A DNA stretch of 64,000 nucleotides from Gemmatimonadales bacterium (GTDB taxonomy: Bacteria > Gemmatimonadota > Gemmatimonadetes > Gemmatimonadales > GWC2-71-9): the NCBI GenBank assembly GCA_036555275.1, contig DATBLR010000091.1, forward strand, positions 8,888-72,887. Reading direction: 5' to 3'. The notes beneath the pieces were generated by a model. It was given only the letters and a program-made list of their open reading frames with translations. It was not told the DNA's origin and searched no databases. The translations under genes were made by a program, and so were the position numbers. Position 1 is the stretch's first letter, and the number at the start of each line of letters is the position of its first letter. Shown here piece after piece: positions 38,582 to 47,222 of this stretch.

Positions 38582-39511
38582 TCACGGTGCAGACTTCACG
38601 TCCGTCAGGCCCACGCCCTTCCCGTTCTCGACACACCGCCCCATGGCAACCTGCGGGTCGTGCTCGAAGATGAACCACCAGTTCTCTGCCAGGGCATCGC
38701 GATACAGCGCCCGCTTCGACTCGAGGGTCCGGAGCGGCTCGAGATCGTACCCCATGATGTAGGCCAGTGGCAGATGGGCGCTGGTGGGGATCAGGTCGCC
38801 GAGAAATACCGCCGTTTCATCGCCGCTCGTGACGACGATGCTCTGGTGCCAGGGAACGTGCCCCGGCGTGAGTCGGGCGCGGATGCCCGGCAGGAGGTCC
38901 CGGTCTCCATCGACCAGCTGCCAGCGACCGGCCCCGGCCACCGGCTCGAAGTTGGGGGGCAGGTAGCTGGCCCGGGTCCGCTCATTGGTGTGGCGGGCGA
39001 ACTCGAGCTCGTTCTTCTGGACCACGTAGGTCGCGTTGGGGTAAGCCAGACGGACGGATGGGACGGTCAAGACGGACGCGACGGACGACTCCGTCTTGTC
39101 CGTCCTGTCCGTCTTGTCCGCCTTCACCGTATTCCCCCCCGCATGGTCAAAATGCAGATGAGTATTGACCACCCAACGCACTTCTTCGGGCTGGAACCCC
39201 GCCTCCCGCAGCGCATCCTCGAGCTGGGTCGGGCCCGGGTCGCCCCGATTCTCCACTGCGTAAATGTCGAGGAACTTGGGGTCCTCCTTGTCTCCGAGGG
39301 CCGTATCCACCAGGACCGGTCCGTCGGGGTGCTCGATCAGGAGGCAGCGCATGGCGAGCAGAATCCGGTTGCGATCGTCCGGCGGCACCTTGCGCGACCA
39401 GAGCGGTTTGGGCACCACGCCGAACATGGCGCCACCATCGAGACGCTGCCAGCCGCCTTCGAGGAGGTGGCAGCGGAGGGAGCCCAGGGTAAAGGTTTGC
39501 GAGAGCGCCAT
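38582..39511 (-). CDS. MBL-fold metallo-hydrolase carrying an in-frame repeat-encoded insertion
   Basis: ORF 38582..39553. Likely start is MALSQTFTLG at 39511. Metal motif VVNTHLHFDHAGGN, followed directly by the repeat-encoded KADKTDRTDKTESSVASVLTVPSVRL. Confidence 0.85.
   Translation of the reverse strand: MALSQTFTLGSLRCHLLEGGWQRLDGGAMFGVVPKPLWSRKVPPDDRNRILLAMRCLLIEHPDGPVLVDTALGDKEDPKFLDIYAVENRGDPGPTQLEDALREAGFQPEEVRWVVNTHLHFDHAGGNTVKADKTDRTDKTESSVASVLTVPSVRLAYPNATYVVQKNELEFARHTNERTRASYLPPNFEPVAGAGRWQLVDGDRDLLPGIRARLTPGHVPWHQSIVVTSGDETAVFLGDLIPTSAHLPLAYIMGYDLEPLRTLESKRALYRDALAENWWFIFEHDPQVAMGRCVENGKGVGLTDVKSAP
39049..39122. repeat. heptamer-repeat hairpin, GACGGAC family, inserted in frame inside the MBL hydrolase CDS
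   Basis: gacggacggatgggacggtcaagacggacgcgacggacg, then ac, then tccgtcttgtccgtcctgtccgtcttgtccgcc. Translated within the ORF as KADKTDRTDKTESSVASVLTVPSVRL. Confidence 0.88.
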
Positions 39512-39513
39512 CT

Positions 39514-39580
39514 CGGTACCGCGTACCGAGTACCGCGTACCGAGTACACACATCGTACGCGGTACGCGGTACGCAGTACG
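39514..39580. repeat. heptamer-repeat hairpin, GTACCGC/GTACCGA family, between MBL start and exonuclease stop
   Basis: cggtaccgcgtaccgagtaccgcgtaccgagtac, then acacatc, then gtacgcggtacgcggtacgcagtacg. Confidence 0.92.
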
Positions 39581-39581
39581 T

Positions 39582-40391
39582 TCAGGAAGTGTTCCTCTTG
39601 CGCTGCAGCCCGTTCAGATCTTGCAACGTTCTCACGCCCCGCTCCCGCGCCAGCAGAATCAGCCGGTCCAGCACCTCGGCCGTGGCGAGGGCGTCGCCCG
39701 CGGCCCGGTGCCGGGCCCGATTCTCGAGCCCGAAGTACAGGCTCAAACTGTCCAGGCTCCGCGATTCGAGGTGGGGCAGGAGGCGGCGGGCCAGGCGGAC
39801 GGTGCACAGTCGGGGACCCGTCAACCGGAGCGCCCGGGCGCGACGAATCTCGGCGCTCAGGAACCCCCAGTCGAACCGGACGTTGTGGGCGACGAAGATC
39901 CGTCCGGCCAGCGCGCCGAGCAGCTGGTCCGCGACCTGCTCGAAGCCCGGTGCCTTGGCCACCATGGCCTGGGTGATGTTGGTAAGGCCCTGGATCCGCA
40001 CCGGGATGTGAACGCCGGGATTCACCAGCGACTCGAACACGATCTCGCGGCGCGCGCCCTGCACCACCACGACGGCGACGTCGGTGACACGGTCGGCGCC
40101 CCAGGCCCGCATGCCGGTGGTTTCCACATCGACCACCGCAAAGGCGCACTCCTCCACCAGCGGTGAACCCTGCGCCTCGGCGACCAGCGCCCAGCGCCCA
40201 TCCTCGAGCTGGGTCACCCGCGGGTCCGCCGCCAGCAGAGCCACGGCCAGACGCTCCGCCACGGCGGCCGGCGCATTGACCATGCCGAGCACCTCCCGGG
40301 CCAGGCGCCCGACCTCCAGCGGGCCGCCGGCCATCAGGGTCATGGCCCTTTCCGCGAGGGTCCGGTCAGGGATGCAGGCCAGGCCGGTCAT
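39582..40391 (-). CDS. DEDDh 3'-5' exonuclease (DNA polymerase III epsilon-like)
   Basis: 269 aa. FAVVDVETTG, FVAHNVRFDWGFL, RHRAAGDALATAEVL. Start overlaps the arginine deiminase stop by 4 nt. Confidence 0.85.
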   Translation of the reverse strand: MTGLACIPDRTLAERAMTLMAGGPLEVGRLAREVLGMVNAPAAVAERLAVALLAADPRVTQLEDGRWALVAEAQGSPLVEECAFAVVDVETTGMRAWGADRVTDVAVVVVQGARREIVFESLVNPGVHIPVRIQGLTNITQAMVAKAPGFEQVADQLLGALAGRIFVAHNVRFDWGFLSAEIRRARALRLTGPRLCTVRLARRLLPHLESRSLDSLSLYFGLENRARHRAAGDALATAEVLDRLILLARERGVRTLQDLNGLQRKRNTS

Positions 40392-41620
40392 GTCGCACCG
40401 CGCCGCAGCGGCAGGGTCATGCAGCGCGGGCCACCCCCGCCCCGGACCAGCTCGTCCCCGTCGACGGTGATGACCGTGCGGTGCTTGGTATCGAGCCAGT
40501 CGTCAAAGGCGACGAAATCCACGCTGGAGACCGGCCGGAAGCCCGCCTGCTTCAGGGCCTCGATGGTCTCCTCGTTGCGGCGGTAGCCCACCACCATCCC
40601 GGGCTTGAGAGCCACCATGTTGCAGCCCGAGGCCCACTGTTCCCGCTCCTGCATCGAGCGGTGGGTGCCACCGGCGAAGATCGGGGTGAGCGGGCACCCG
40701 ACCTCCCGCAGGGCAGCGAAGAAATCCGGCATTTCGCGCACTCCGTCATGGCCCTTCTTGCGGTGCAGCACGGCCAGGCGCTCCGGGCCGATGAAGTAGG
40801 GCGGGTACACCACGCACAGCTCCCGATCCACCTGGGTGAACAGCATATCGAGATGGATCGCGGTCGGTTCCTTCGGCATCACGACCACCAGCACGTCGCT
40901 GACCTCGGTCCGCTCGAACAGCACCTCGGTGAGGTGATCGATGGCCGAGGGAGTGGATCGTTCGCTGAAGCCGATCACCAGGAGGTCCTGTCGCAGCATG
41001 TGAATGTCACCACCCTCGAGGGTGTAGTCGCTGCGCCGCTCCTCCGACCCATCGTACAGGAGCCCTTCGTTCCCCAGCGCGGGGTGGAACGCGAACAGGG
41101 TCTTGATGAGCAGCTCCTCCGTCCAGCGCACGCCGTGGCGCATCGACCCCACCACCGCGTGCCGGCCGATGATCACCCCGATGTCACGGGGGAAGAACAG
41201 GTTCGGCAGCGGCGGCAGCATGTAGCCCACTGAGTTGAGCGCCCTGGCAATGGCCCCGCCCTGCTGTTCCACACCCTCCACGATCAACCGCGCCAGGGCC
41301 CGCGGCTCGAGATCGTTGAGTCGCCGGCCCAGCTCACCCTCCGGCACGACATCCAGGGTGGCCCGAATGAAGAATTGCCGCGCGTCCTCCCGCTCCAGGG
41401 CCTCGGCGAGAAGGTCGGCCACCTGGTAGACCGTGGCGAACCGCTGCAGCACGGCCACGAACCGGCGATGCTCCCGTCGAGCGCTCTCGACCTGAATGAT
41501 GTCGTCGTACAGATAGGCGCCTTTGTTGCCCGGCGTTACCGCACGAAGCTCCGCCCCCGGCGTGTGGACGAGCACCGCTTCCAGCAGGCCGATCTCGCTC
41601 GTGACGTTGAGGGGGGGCAT
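40388..41620 (-). CDS. arginine deiminase family protein
   Basis: 410 aa. N-terminal VTSEIGLLEAVLVHTPGAEL, C-terminal GGGGPRCMTLPLRR (catalytic Cys motif of the guanidino-modifying superfamily). Confidence 0.8.
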   Translation of the reverse strand: MPPLNVTSEIGLLEAVLVHTPGAELRAVTPGNKGAYLYDDIIQVESARREHRRFVAVLQRFATVYQVADLLAEALEREDARQFFIRATLDVVPEGELGRRLNDLEPRALARLIVEGVEQQGGAIARALNSVGYMLPPLPNLFFPRDIGVIIGRHAVVGSMRHGVRWTEELLIKTLFAFHPALGNEGLLYDGSEERRSDYTLEGGDIHMLRQDLLVIGFSERSTPSAIDHLTEVLFERTEVSDVLVVVMPKEPTAIHLDMLFTQVDRELCVVYPPYFIGPERLAVLHRKKGHDGVREMPDFFAALREVGCPLTPIFAGGTHRSMQEREQWASGCNMVALKPGMVVGYRRNEETIEALKQAGFRPVSSVDFVAFDDWLDTKHRTVITVDGDELVRGGGGPRCMTLPLRRGAT

Positions 41621-41636
41621 GGCTTGAGAAACTAAT

Positions 41637-42170
41637 AGCGTTCAGGGTTCAGCGTTCAGGGTTCAGGGGGGCCGGTGCGGGCGCTCGGGCGAGACCGCGA
41701 AGGGACGTTGACATCCTCGCTAGCATGCGGCCAACCTCCGACGCGAGTCCGAGCAGGGTGTCGGCATCAGCTCTAGCCAGGTAGCCTACCCGGTGCGCCA
41801 CGAGGACCTGCGTCTCCAGCTCAAGCAGCGACCCGTTGGCGATCGAGAGATGACGGAGGTACTCGCGACGTGAGGAGCGCCCGTAGCCCTCGGCGATATT
41901 GCACGGTATCGAGACCGATGCCCGCCGCATCTGGGCGCTGAGGCCGTACCGCTCATGATCTGGGAATCGAGTGGCCTCTTTGTACACGGCTTCCGTCAGC
42001 TGCATGGCCCTGACCCAGACGGTCAGGCGCTGATGACCCCGACGGACCCTGATTCTATCCATGACGAGGAAGGTGACGCCCACCGCATTCGGCCGGGCGA
42101 CCACAATGACGCCGCACAGCCCACGGCAACGCACACCCTCTGCACGCTGAACCTTGCACCCTGAACGCTC
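41637..42170. repeat. opposed GTTCAG(C/G)G heptamer arms (41637-41671 and 42136-42170) enclosing the four-helix-bundle gene
   Basis: Left arm agcgttcagggttcagcgttcagggttcagggggg. Right arm ccctctgcacgctgaaccttgcaccctgaacgctc. The whole ORF lies in the loop. Confidence 0.85.
41649..42062 (-). CDS. four-helix-bundle protein (23S rRNA intervening-sequence protein / Avd-like family)
   Basis: ORF 41649..42134. Likely start is MDRIRVRRGHQRLTVW at 42062. Signature ERYGLSAQMRRASVSIPCNIAEGYGRSSRREYLRHLSIANGSLLELETQV. Lies between opposed GTTCAG(C/G)G repeat arms, and its last codons are repeat-encoded. Confidence 0.85.
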   Translation of the reverse strand: MDRIRVRRGHQRLTVWVRAMQLTEAVYKEATRFPDHERYGLSAQMRRASVSIPCNIAEGYGRSSRREYLRHLSIANGSLLELETQVLVAHRVGYLARADADTLLGLASEVGRMLARMSTSLRGLARAPAPAPLNPER

Positions 42171-42174
42171 GGCT

Positions 42175-42801
42175 TCACCGATTCGTCAACGCATAACTCA
42201 ACGTCTCCAGCTCCAGCGCCAGGTTAACCGTCTTGACCACCACATCATCGGGCACCGAGAGCTGGACCGGCGTGAAATTGAGGATCGCCTTGACCCCCTG
42301 CGCGACGCACCGCTCGGTAACCTGCTGGGCCACGTCGCCCGGCGTGACGATCACCGCGATCTCCACCGGGTGCAGGCGCAACTCGGCGTCCAGATCCCTC
42401 ACGTCCTTCACGGTCAGGCCGTTCCACGCCCGACCAATCTTGGTGGGGTCGGAATCGAAGATCGCCACGATCTCGAAGCCACGCTGTCGGAACCCCCGAT
42501 ACTGTACCAGCGCGCTGCCGATCTTCCCGGCTCCGATCATCGCGACCCGGTACACACGGCCCAGGCCGAGAATCTCCCGGAGCCGGCGTACCAGCTCCAC
42601 CACCGAATAGCCCAGCCCCCGCTTGCCGAAGGACCCGAAGAATGAGAGGTCCTTGCGCACCTGAGCCGACGTCGTCCCACCCCTGGCAGCAAGGGCTCCG
42701 GAACTGACGGTCTCGATGCCCTGCCCCTCGAACTCCTCCAGGAAGCGCAGGTACAGCGAGAGACGGCGAACGGTGGATTCGGCGATTTTCCGCATCGGCA
42801 T
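42175..42801 (-). CDS. rex: redox-sensing transcriptional repressor Rex
   Basis: ORF 42175..42939. Likely start is MPMRKIAESTVRRLSLYLRFL at 42801 (or 42795). Winged helix plus Rossmann fold (VAMIGAGKIGSAL). Confidence 0.92.
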   Translation of the reverse strand: MPMRKIAESTVRRLSLYLRFLEEFEGQGIETVSSGALAARGGTTSAQVRKDLSFFGSFGKRGLGYSVVELVRRLREILGLGRVYRVAMIGAGKIGSALVQYRGFRQRGFEIVAIFDSDPTKIGRAWNGLTVKDVRDLDAELRLHPVEIAVIVTPGDVAQQVTERCVAQGVKAILNFTPVQLSVPDDVVVKTVNLALELETLSYALTNR

Positions 42802-42818
42802 TGTGAAAGTTTTCACAA
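42801..42818. promoter_or_regulatory. Rex operator (perfect TTGTGAA-N4-TTCACAA palindrome) abutting the rex start codon
   Basis: Sequence TTGTGAAAGTTTTCACAA read directly at 42801-42818. It matches the established Rex box consensus TTGTGAAnnnnTTCACAA. Confidence 0.75.
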
Positions 42819-42853
42819 ATCTACTCGAATGCCTCGGCCGGGCAAAGGGACTG

Positions 42854-43648
42854 CTATTCGGGCAGGATGGAGACGGGGATCGCGCGATACAGACGGGCGA
42901 ACGTATCGGGGCCCAACTCGCCCGGTCGGATGGTCTCATGGAGACCGACTGAGGCCAGCCAGCTGACCACGTCGGAGACAGGTGCTCCGGTGAGGTCCCG
43001 GAGGGCGCGACTCAGTTGTTTGCGCCGGAAGCCGAACAGCCCAACGACGAACCGCCGGAAGGGGGCGATCTCCGCGTCGCTCACCAGCGGCTCCGGCCTC
43101 GGTCTCAGCCTGAGCACGGCCGAGCTCACCTTGGGGCGAGGCCGAAACGCTCCGGCGGGGACCGTGAACAGCCGTTCCACCGTCGTGACGGCCTGAACCC
43201 CCACGCTGAGAGCCCCATACTCCGCAGTCCCCGGGAGCGCCGCGACCCGATCTGCCACCTCCCTCTGCACCAGGTAGACGATGCAGACCGGCCGGGGTGG
43301 GCGCAGCGCCTTCTCGAGCAGCGGGGAGGTGATGTTGTAAGGGATGTTCCCGATGACGCGGAAACGTCCCTGCCCGACCAGCGCGTGCCAGTCCAGCTCG
43401 AGAGCATCACCGTGGATCAACGTGAGGTTGGGAAAATGTTGCCGCAGATGGGCGAGGAACGCCTGGTCCTTCTCGATCGCGAAGAGGTGCGGGGTCCGGG
43501 TTGCGAGCTGAGCGGTGAGACCACCAGGGCCCGGGCCGATCTCCAGGACAGCCTCGTCCCCCTCAATCTCCAGGGCGTCCGCGATGCGCCGGAGGATGCC
43601 AGGGTCGTAAAGGAAGTGCTGGCCGAGGCGTTTCTTGGGGCGGGGCAT
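42854..43648 (-). CDS. rsmA: 16S rRNA (adenine1518/1519-N6)-dimethyltransferase
   Basis: 264 aa. KKRLGQHFLYDPGILRRIADAL, VLEIGPGPGGLT. Confidence 0.92.
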   Translation of the reverse strand: MPRPKKRLGQHFLYDPGILRRIADALEIEGDEAVLEIGPGPGGLTAQLATRTPHLFAIEKDQAFLAHLRQHFPNLTLIHGDALELDWHALVGQGRFRVIGNIPYNITSPLLEKALRPPRPVCIVYLVQREVADRVAALPGTAEYGALSVGVQAVTTVERLFTVPAGAFRPRPKVSSAVLRLRPRPEPLVSDAEIAPFRRFVVGLFGFRRKQLSRALRDLTGAPVSDVVSWLASVGLHETIRPGELGPDTFARLYRAIPVSILPE

Positions 43649-43722
43649 GGGAGAACGGGGAACAGGGAACGGGGAACGGGGGAACGTAGCGACCGTTCCC
43701 CGTTCCCCGTTCCCTGTTCTCC
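43649..43722. repeat. heptamer-repeat hairpin, GGGGAAC family, between rsmA start and PP2C stop
   Basis: gggagaacggggaacagggaacggggaacgggggaacg, then tagcgac, then cgttccccgttccccgttccctgttctcc. Confidence 0.92.
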
Positions 43723-43727
43723 GCAGT

Positions 43728-45290
43728 TTAGATCCGCATCACCAGCAGCGTCCGGTCGTCGGCCGGCTGAGCGGTTGCCTTGTCCGCCTCCCGGAACACC
43801 GCACGGACAATCGCGTCCGGCGGGTCGGCCCGGCGGCGGACGATCTCGGCGAGGAGCCGTTCCTCGGTGAACTCCGACTCCCCGCCCTGCTCGATCAGCC
43901 CGTCGGTCCACAGGCAGAGCAGATCCTGCTTCGGGATCCAGGCTACCTGTTTCCGCTGGATACTCGCCGCGGCCGCGAGTCCGAGGGGAGGCGCGGTCGT
44001 TGGCAACCGCTCGGGGTCCCCCTTGGCCGGCACCCGGAAGGCGTGCGGATGCCCGGCGTTGGCATAGGTCAGGCGGCGGTGCTTCGGATCGAGTTCTCCA
44101 TAGAAAACCGAGAGGAACATCTCGGTTGAGGCCAGCTCGTCACCCAGGCTCTCCAGCATGGAAGCCAGGACCTCATCGGGCCTGTTGCCGCCGCCGGCGT
44201 GGATGCCGGCCGCGGACATGACGAGGGCCATGACCAGGGCCGCCGCGAAGCCGTGGGAGGACACATCCCCCAGCATCACTCCAACCCGGCCGTTGCCGAG
44301 CCGGGTGAAGGTGTAGAAGTCGCCGCCGACACTGTCCACCGGGCGGCAGATCGCCGCGACCTGGGCGTCCCCCTGCAGCACGCCGGGGGCCGGGAGCAGC
44401 TTGAGCTGGAGGTCATGGGCCAGCTCCAGCTCCCGCTGCAGCCGCTGGCGACGGAGATCCCGCTGGACCAGCCTGGCGTTCTCGATGGCGGCGCCGATCT
44501 GGTTCGCCACGGCGGAGACCAGCTTGGCGTCCGAGGGCATGAAGCTGTCGCCCAGGAGCCGCTCGGTGAGGTTGATGACCCCAACACAGCGGCCGCCCGG
44601 ACCGTAACAGATCGGGATGCTGAGAAACGCCTGGCTCTTGTAGTCGCGGGCGTCCTGGGAGCCGAGGTTCTGGGCCGTGGGATCTGTTGGGTCGAAGACG
44701 ATGATCCGCTTTTCGCGGAACACGCGCGCCGCCACCGAATGGGGATCGTCGGTGGCTACGGGGAGGAGTCCTTCGGGCGAGAAGCCGCGGGCGGCGACGG
44801 TGCGGAGCAGTCCGGTCGCCTCGTCGTGCACCATAATGGATGCCCGCCGCGATCCCACGACATCCGCCACTTCCTTCACGATGGTCGGCGCAGCCTCCTC
44901 CAGCCGGGTCGTGTGGCCGAGGATTTCGCTGATCGCGTAGAGGAGGTCGATCTCCTTGTAGACGCCGGCCAGCTCGTCGACCACCCCGGCGGTATCCCGC
45001 TCGACCCCCAGGAAGGCGCCCAGGATGCCGGCCAGTTGCGGGGCGACCTCCGCCGCGCGGGCCTGGGGCAGGTCCCCGACTTCCAGCCAGTACCCGTTCG
45101 TGTCAGGTACGGGGGCCAGCCACACGCTGCCGGTGGGGGTAGGGACAAGCCCGGGAGCCAGCGGGATCGGCGGGGTGAATCCGGGATCGGGGCCCGTGCC
45201 AAACCGGCGCAGGGTCCGCCCGTCATACCGCCAAAGCCGCACGCGGGCTCCCGCGAGGGCGCCCAGGGCATCCGCGACGGACTCAAGGCC
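43728..45290 (-). CDS. GAF domain-containing PP2C/SpoIIE-family serine phosphatase (RsbU-like)
   Basis: C-terminal two thirds of ORF 43728..45806. GAF region, then PP2C motifs (GGDFYTF, GVMLGDVSSHG, LCLWTDGL). The ORF's N-terminal ~170 aa overlap the RsbW-like gene in another frame, so the true start lies near 45290 and its codon is unresolved. Confidence 0.8.
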   Translation of the reverse strand, partial: GLESVADALGALAGARVRLWRYDGRTLRRFGTGPDPGFTPPIPLAPGLVPTPTGSVWLAPVPDTNGYWLEVGDLPQARAAEVAPQLAGILGAFLGVERDTAGVVDELAGVYKEIDLLYAISEILGHTTRLEEAAPTIVKEVADVVGSRRASIMVHDEATGLLRTVAARGFSPEGLLPVATDDPHSVAARVFREKRIIVFDPTDPTAQNLGSQDARDYKSQAFLSIPICYGPGGRCVGVINLTERLLGDSFMPSDAKLVSAVANQIGAAIENARLVQRDLRRQRLQRELELAHDLQLKLLPAPGVLQGDAQVAAICRPVDSVGGDFYTFTRLGNGRVGVMLGDVSSHGFAAALVMALVMSAAGIHAGGGNRPDEVLASMLESLGDELASTEMFLSVFYGELDPKHRRLTYANAGHPHAFRVPAKGDPERLPTTAPPLGLAAAASIQRKQVAWIPKQDLLCLWTDGLIEQGGESEFTEERLLAEIVRRRADPPDAIVRAVFREADKATAQPADDRTLLVMRI

Positions 45291-45292
45291 CG

Positions 45293-45769
45293 TCAGCGGC
45301 GGCGCAGTGTCATGCAGATGGAGTTTCCTTGTGCGTTGAAGCGGACATCGTCGACCAGGTTCTTGATCAGGAAGAGCCCGCGGCCGTTGGGTCGATCGAG
45401 GTCGTCGGGCAGGATGGGCGTGGGGACCGCCGCCGGGTCGAAGCCGGGGCCCTGGTCGGTGACCTCGATGCGGATCTCGTCCCCGCACACCTCGGCCTGG
45501 ACCTGGACCCACTTGGAGCGATCCTCCTGGTTGCCGGCGACGATCGCGTTCGCCAGGGCCTCCGCGGTCGCCACCCGCAGGTTGAAACGGGACCGGCGGC
45601 ACAGCCACCCGCCGTCGCAACAGTGCCGCATGAGAAGGTCCACCACCTCTTCGATACAGGCGACGTCGCTGGGTACCCGCAGCGAGACCTGCACCATCGC
45701 TCCGGTCGGGCCGGGCACCCGGCGGCGGCGCACGCACAGCCTCAGGGAGGCGGGAAGCGGAGCCGTCAT
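45293..45769 (-). CDS. anti-sigma regulatory factor, serine/threonine kinase (RsbW/SpoIIAB-like HATPase)
   Basis: 158 aa. ATAEALANAIVAGN, IEVTDQGPGFDP, GRGLFLIKNLVDDV. Start overlaps the STAS gene stop by 4 nt (an alternative start is MVQVSL at 45697). Confidence 0.82.
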   Translation of the reverse strand: MTAPLPASLRLCVRRRRVPGPTGAMVQVSLRVPSDVACIEEVVDLLMRHCCDGGWLCRRSRFNLRVATAEALANAIVAGNQEDRSKWVQVQAEVCGDEIRIEVTDQGPGFDPAAVPTPILPDDLDRPNGRGLFLIKNLVDDVRFNAQGNSICMTLRRR

Positions 45770-46107
45770 CCGGCGAAGCTCCCGACCGCCCGTTCTGCCG
45801 TGTCACTGATGGCGAACAACGTGTCCAGCTTGGTCAGCTCGAAGAGTGACCGGAGATCCTCGTTCAGCCCCGAAAGCCGGAGCTCCCCGCCCTGCTCGCG
45901 GACCTTCTTGGAAATCGACACCAGGGCACCGAGCCCGGAGGAGTCGATGTACCCCGTGCGGGAGAAGTCGATGACAAACCGGCGTTCGTCGTGATCGAGG
46001 GCCTGCTGCACTGCCGTCTTGAGCTCCTGCCGGTTGCCGACGATCAACTGACCCTCGACCCGGATCACGTAGACGCCGGCCTGGTCTTTAGTGGCGGTGA
46101 ATGGCAT
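45766..46107 (-). CDS. STAS-domain anti-sigma-factor antagonist (RsbV/SpoIIAA-like)
   Basis: 113 aa. FVIDFSRTGYIDSSGLGALVS (phosphorylatable Ser context), LRLSGLNEDLRSLFELTKL. Confidence 0.88.
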   Translation of the reverse strand: MPFTATKDQAGVYVIRVEGQLIVGNRQELKTAVQQALDHDERRFVIDFSRTGYIDSSGLGALVSISKKVREQGGELRLSGLNEDLRSLFELTKLDTLFAISDTAERAVGSFAG

Positions 46108-46137
46108 GAGGCTCCTCAGAGCGGGCGGTCGACTGCT

Positions 46138-46275
46138 GGCTACCGGCTATCAGCTATCGGCTATCAGTCGCTGGGCGGAGACCGGCTTCTGGCTCGGGTC
46201 GGTCGCATTCCGACCGCTTCAGGGTTGACCGCCAGCTGACGGCCGATAGCCGATAGCTGATAGCCGATAGCGGCC
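46138..46275. repeat. opposed heptamer-repeat arms, GGCTATC family, ~70-nt unique centre, between STAS start and pta stop
   Basis: Left arm ggctaccggctatcagctatcggctatcag. Right arm ctgacggccgatagccgatagctgatagccgatagcggcc. Confidence 0.9.
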
Positions 46276-46295
46276 AGCCCTCACCCGACCCTCCT

Positions 46296-47222
46296 CTACT
46301 CCGTCCCCTGCAACGCCACCATCGCTGCGACCTCCACAATATCCTCTGGAGACGCGCCGCGCGAGAGGTCGCTCATGGGACGGGCCAGGCCCTGCAGCAC
46401 CGGGCCCAGGGCCACCGCACCGCCCAGCCGCTGCAGCAGCTTGTAGCTGATATTGCCACTGTCGAGATCGGGAAACACCAGGATATTGGCCCGCCCGTGG
46501 AGGGGCGACTCGGGCGCTTTCCGGCCGGCCACCTCCGGCACCAGCGCCGCGTCTACCTGCAATTCGCCATCGGACGGAATCTCGGGCGCCCGGGCATGGA
46601 AACAGCGGGCAGCTGCGCGCATCCGGGCCACCGAGGGGCTTTCCGCGCTGCCATGGGTGCTGTAGGAAAGAAACGCGACCCGGGGATCGTCGCCCACCAG
46701 CCGGTGCCGGTCGCGGACGGCCCCAAGGGCGATATCGGCCAGCTCCTCCGGGCCCGGCTCCGGCACCACCGCGCAATCGGTGAAGGTGTAGACCCGGTTG
46801 TCGGGGAGCACCATGTAGAACGCTGAGCTGACGGTGTGCACGCCCTCGCTGGTGCCGATGGCCCACAACGCCGCGCGGACGACCTCCGCGGTGGTGGCAA
46901 CCGCGCCTGCCACACACCCGTCTGCCTCACCCAGGGCAACGAGGGAGGCGGCGAACCGGAGCGGATCGGCGGCGAGATCCAGCGCGTGCACCGCATCGTT
47001 GACCCGGTCCGGGCGCCGGTCCCGCAGGTGCTGGGCCACCCGGGCATGCCTGGGATCATGGAGCGGCTCGATCGCGCCGGGGCCCACCAGTATGGGCTCT
47101 GCGATGCCGTCCCGGCGCAGCCGCTGGGCGGCCTCCTGGATCCGCGGGTCGGCCGCGTCGGGCATTACGATCCGCCGCCGCCGCTTGGCAGCGCGGGCCA
47201 GGAGCTCCGACCGGAAATTCAC
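46296..47222 (-). CDS. pta: phosphate acetyl/butyryl transferase (short Pta type)
   Basis: 308 aa. RRIVMPDAADPRIQEAAQRL...GIAEPILVG, C-terminal PMSDLSRGASPEDIV. Confidence 0.82.
   Translation of the reverse strand: MNFRSELLARAAKRRRRIVMPDAADPRIQEAAQRLRRDGIAEPILVGPGAIEPLHDPRHARVAQHLRDRRPDRVNDAVHALDLAADPLRFAASLVALGEADGCVAGAVATTAEVVRAALWAIGTSEGVHTVSSAFYMVLPDNRVYTFTDCAVVPEPGPEELADIALGAVRDRHRLVGDDPRVAFLSYSTHGSAESPSVARMRAAARCFHARAPEIPSDGELQVDAALVPEVAGRKAPESPLHGRANILVFPDLDSGNISYKLLQRLGGAVALGPVLQGLARPMSDLSRGASPEDIVEVAAMVALQGTE

Noticed and set aside
43728-45806. The 692-aa ORF taken at face value as one protein.
   Set aside because: Its N-terminal ~170 codons overlap the RsbW-like kinase gene (45293..45769) in another frame and are Arg/Pro/Gly-rich. 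Only the GAF-PP2C part downstream of ~45290 looks real.
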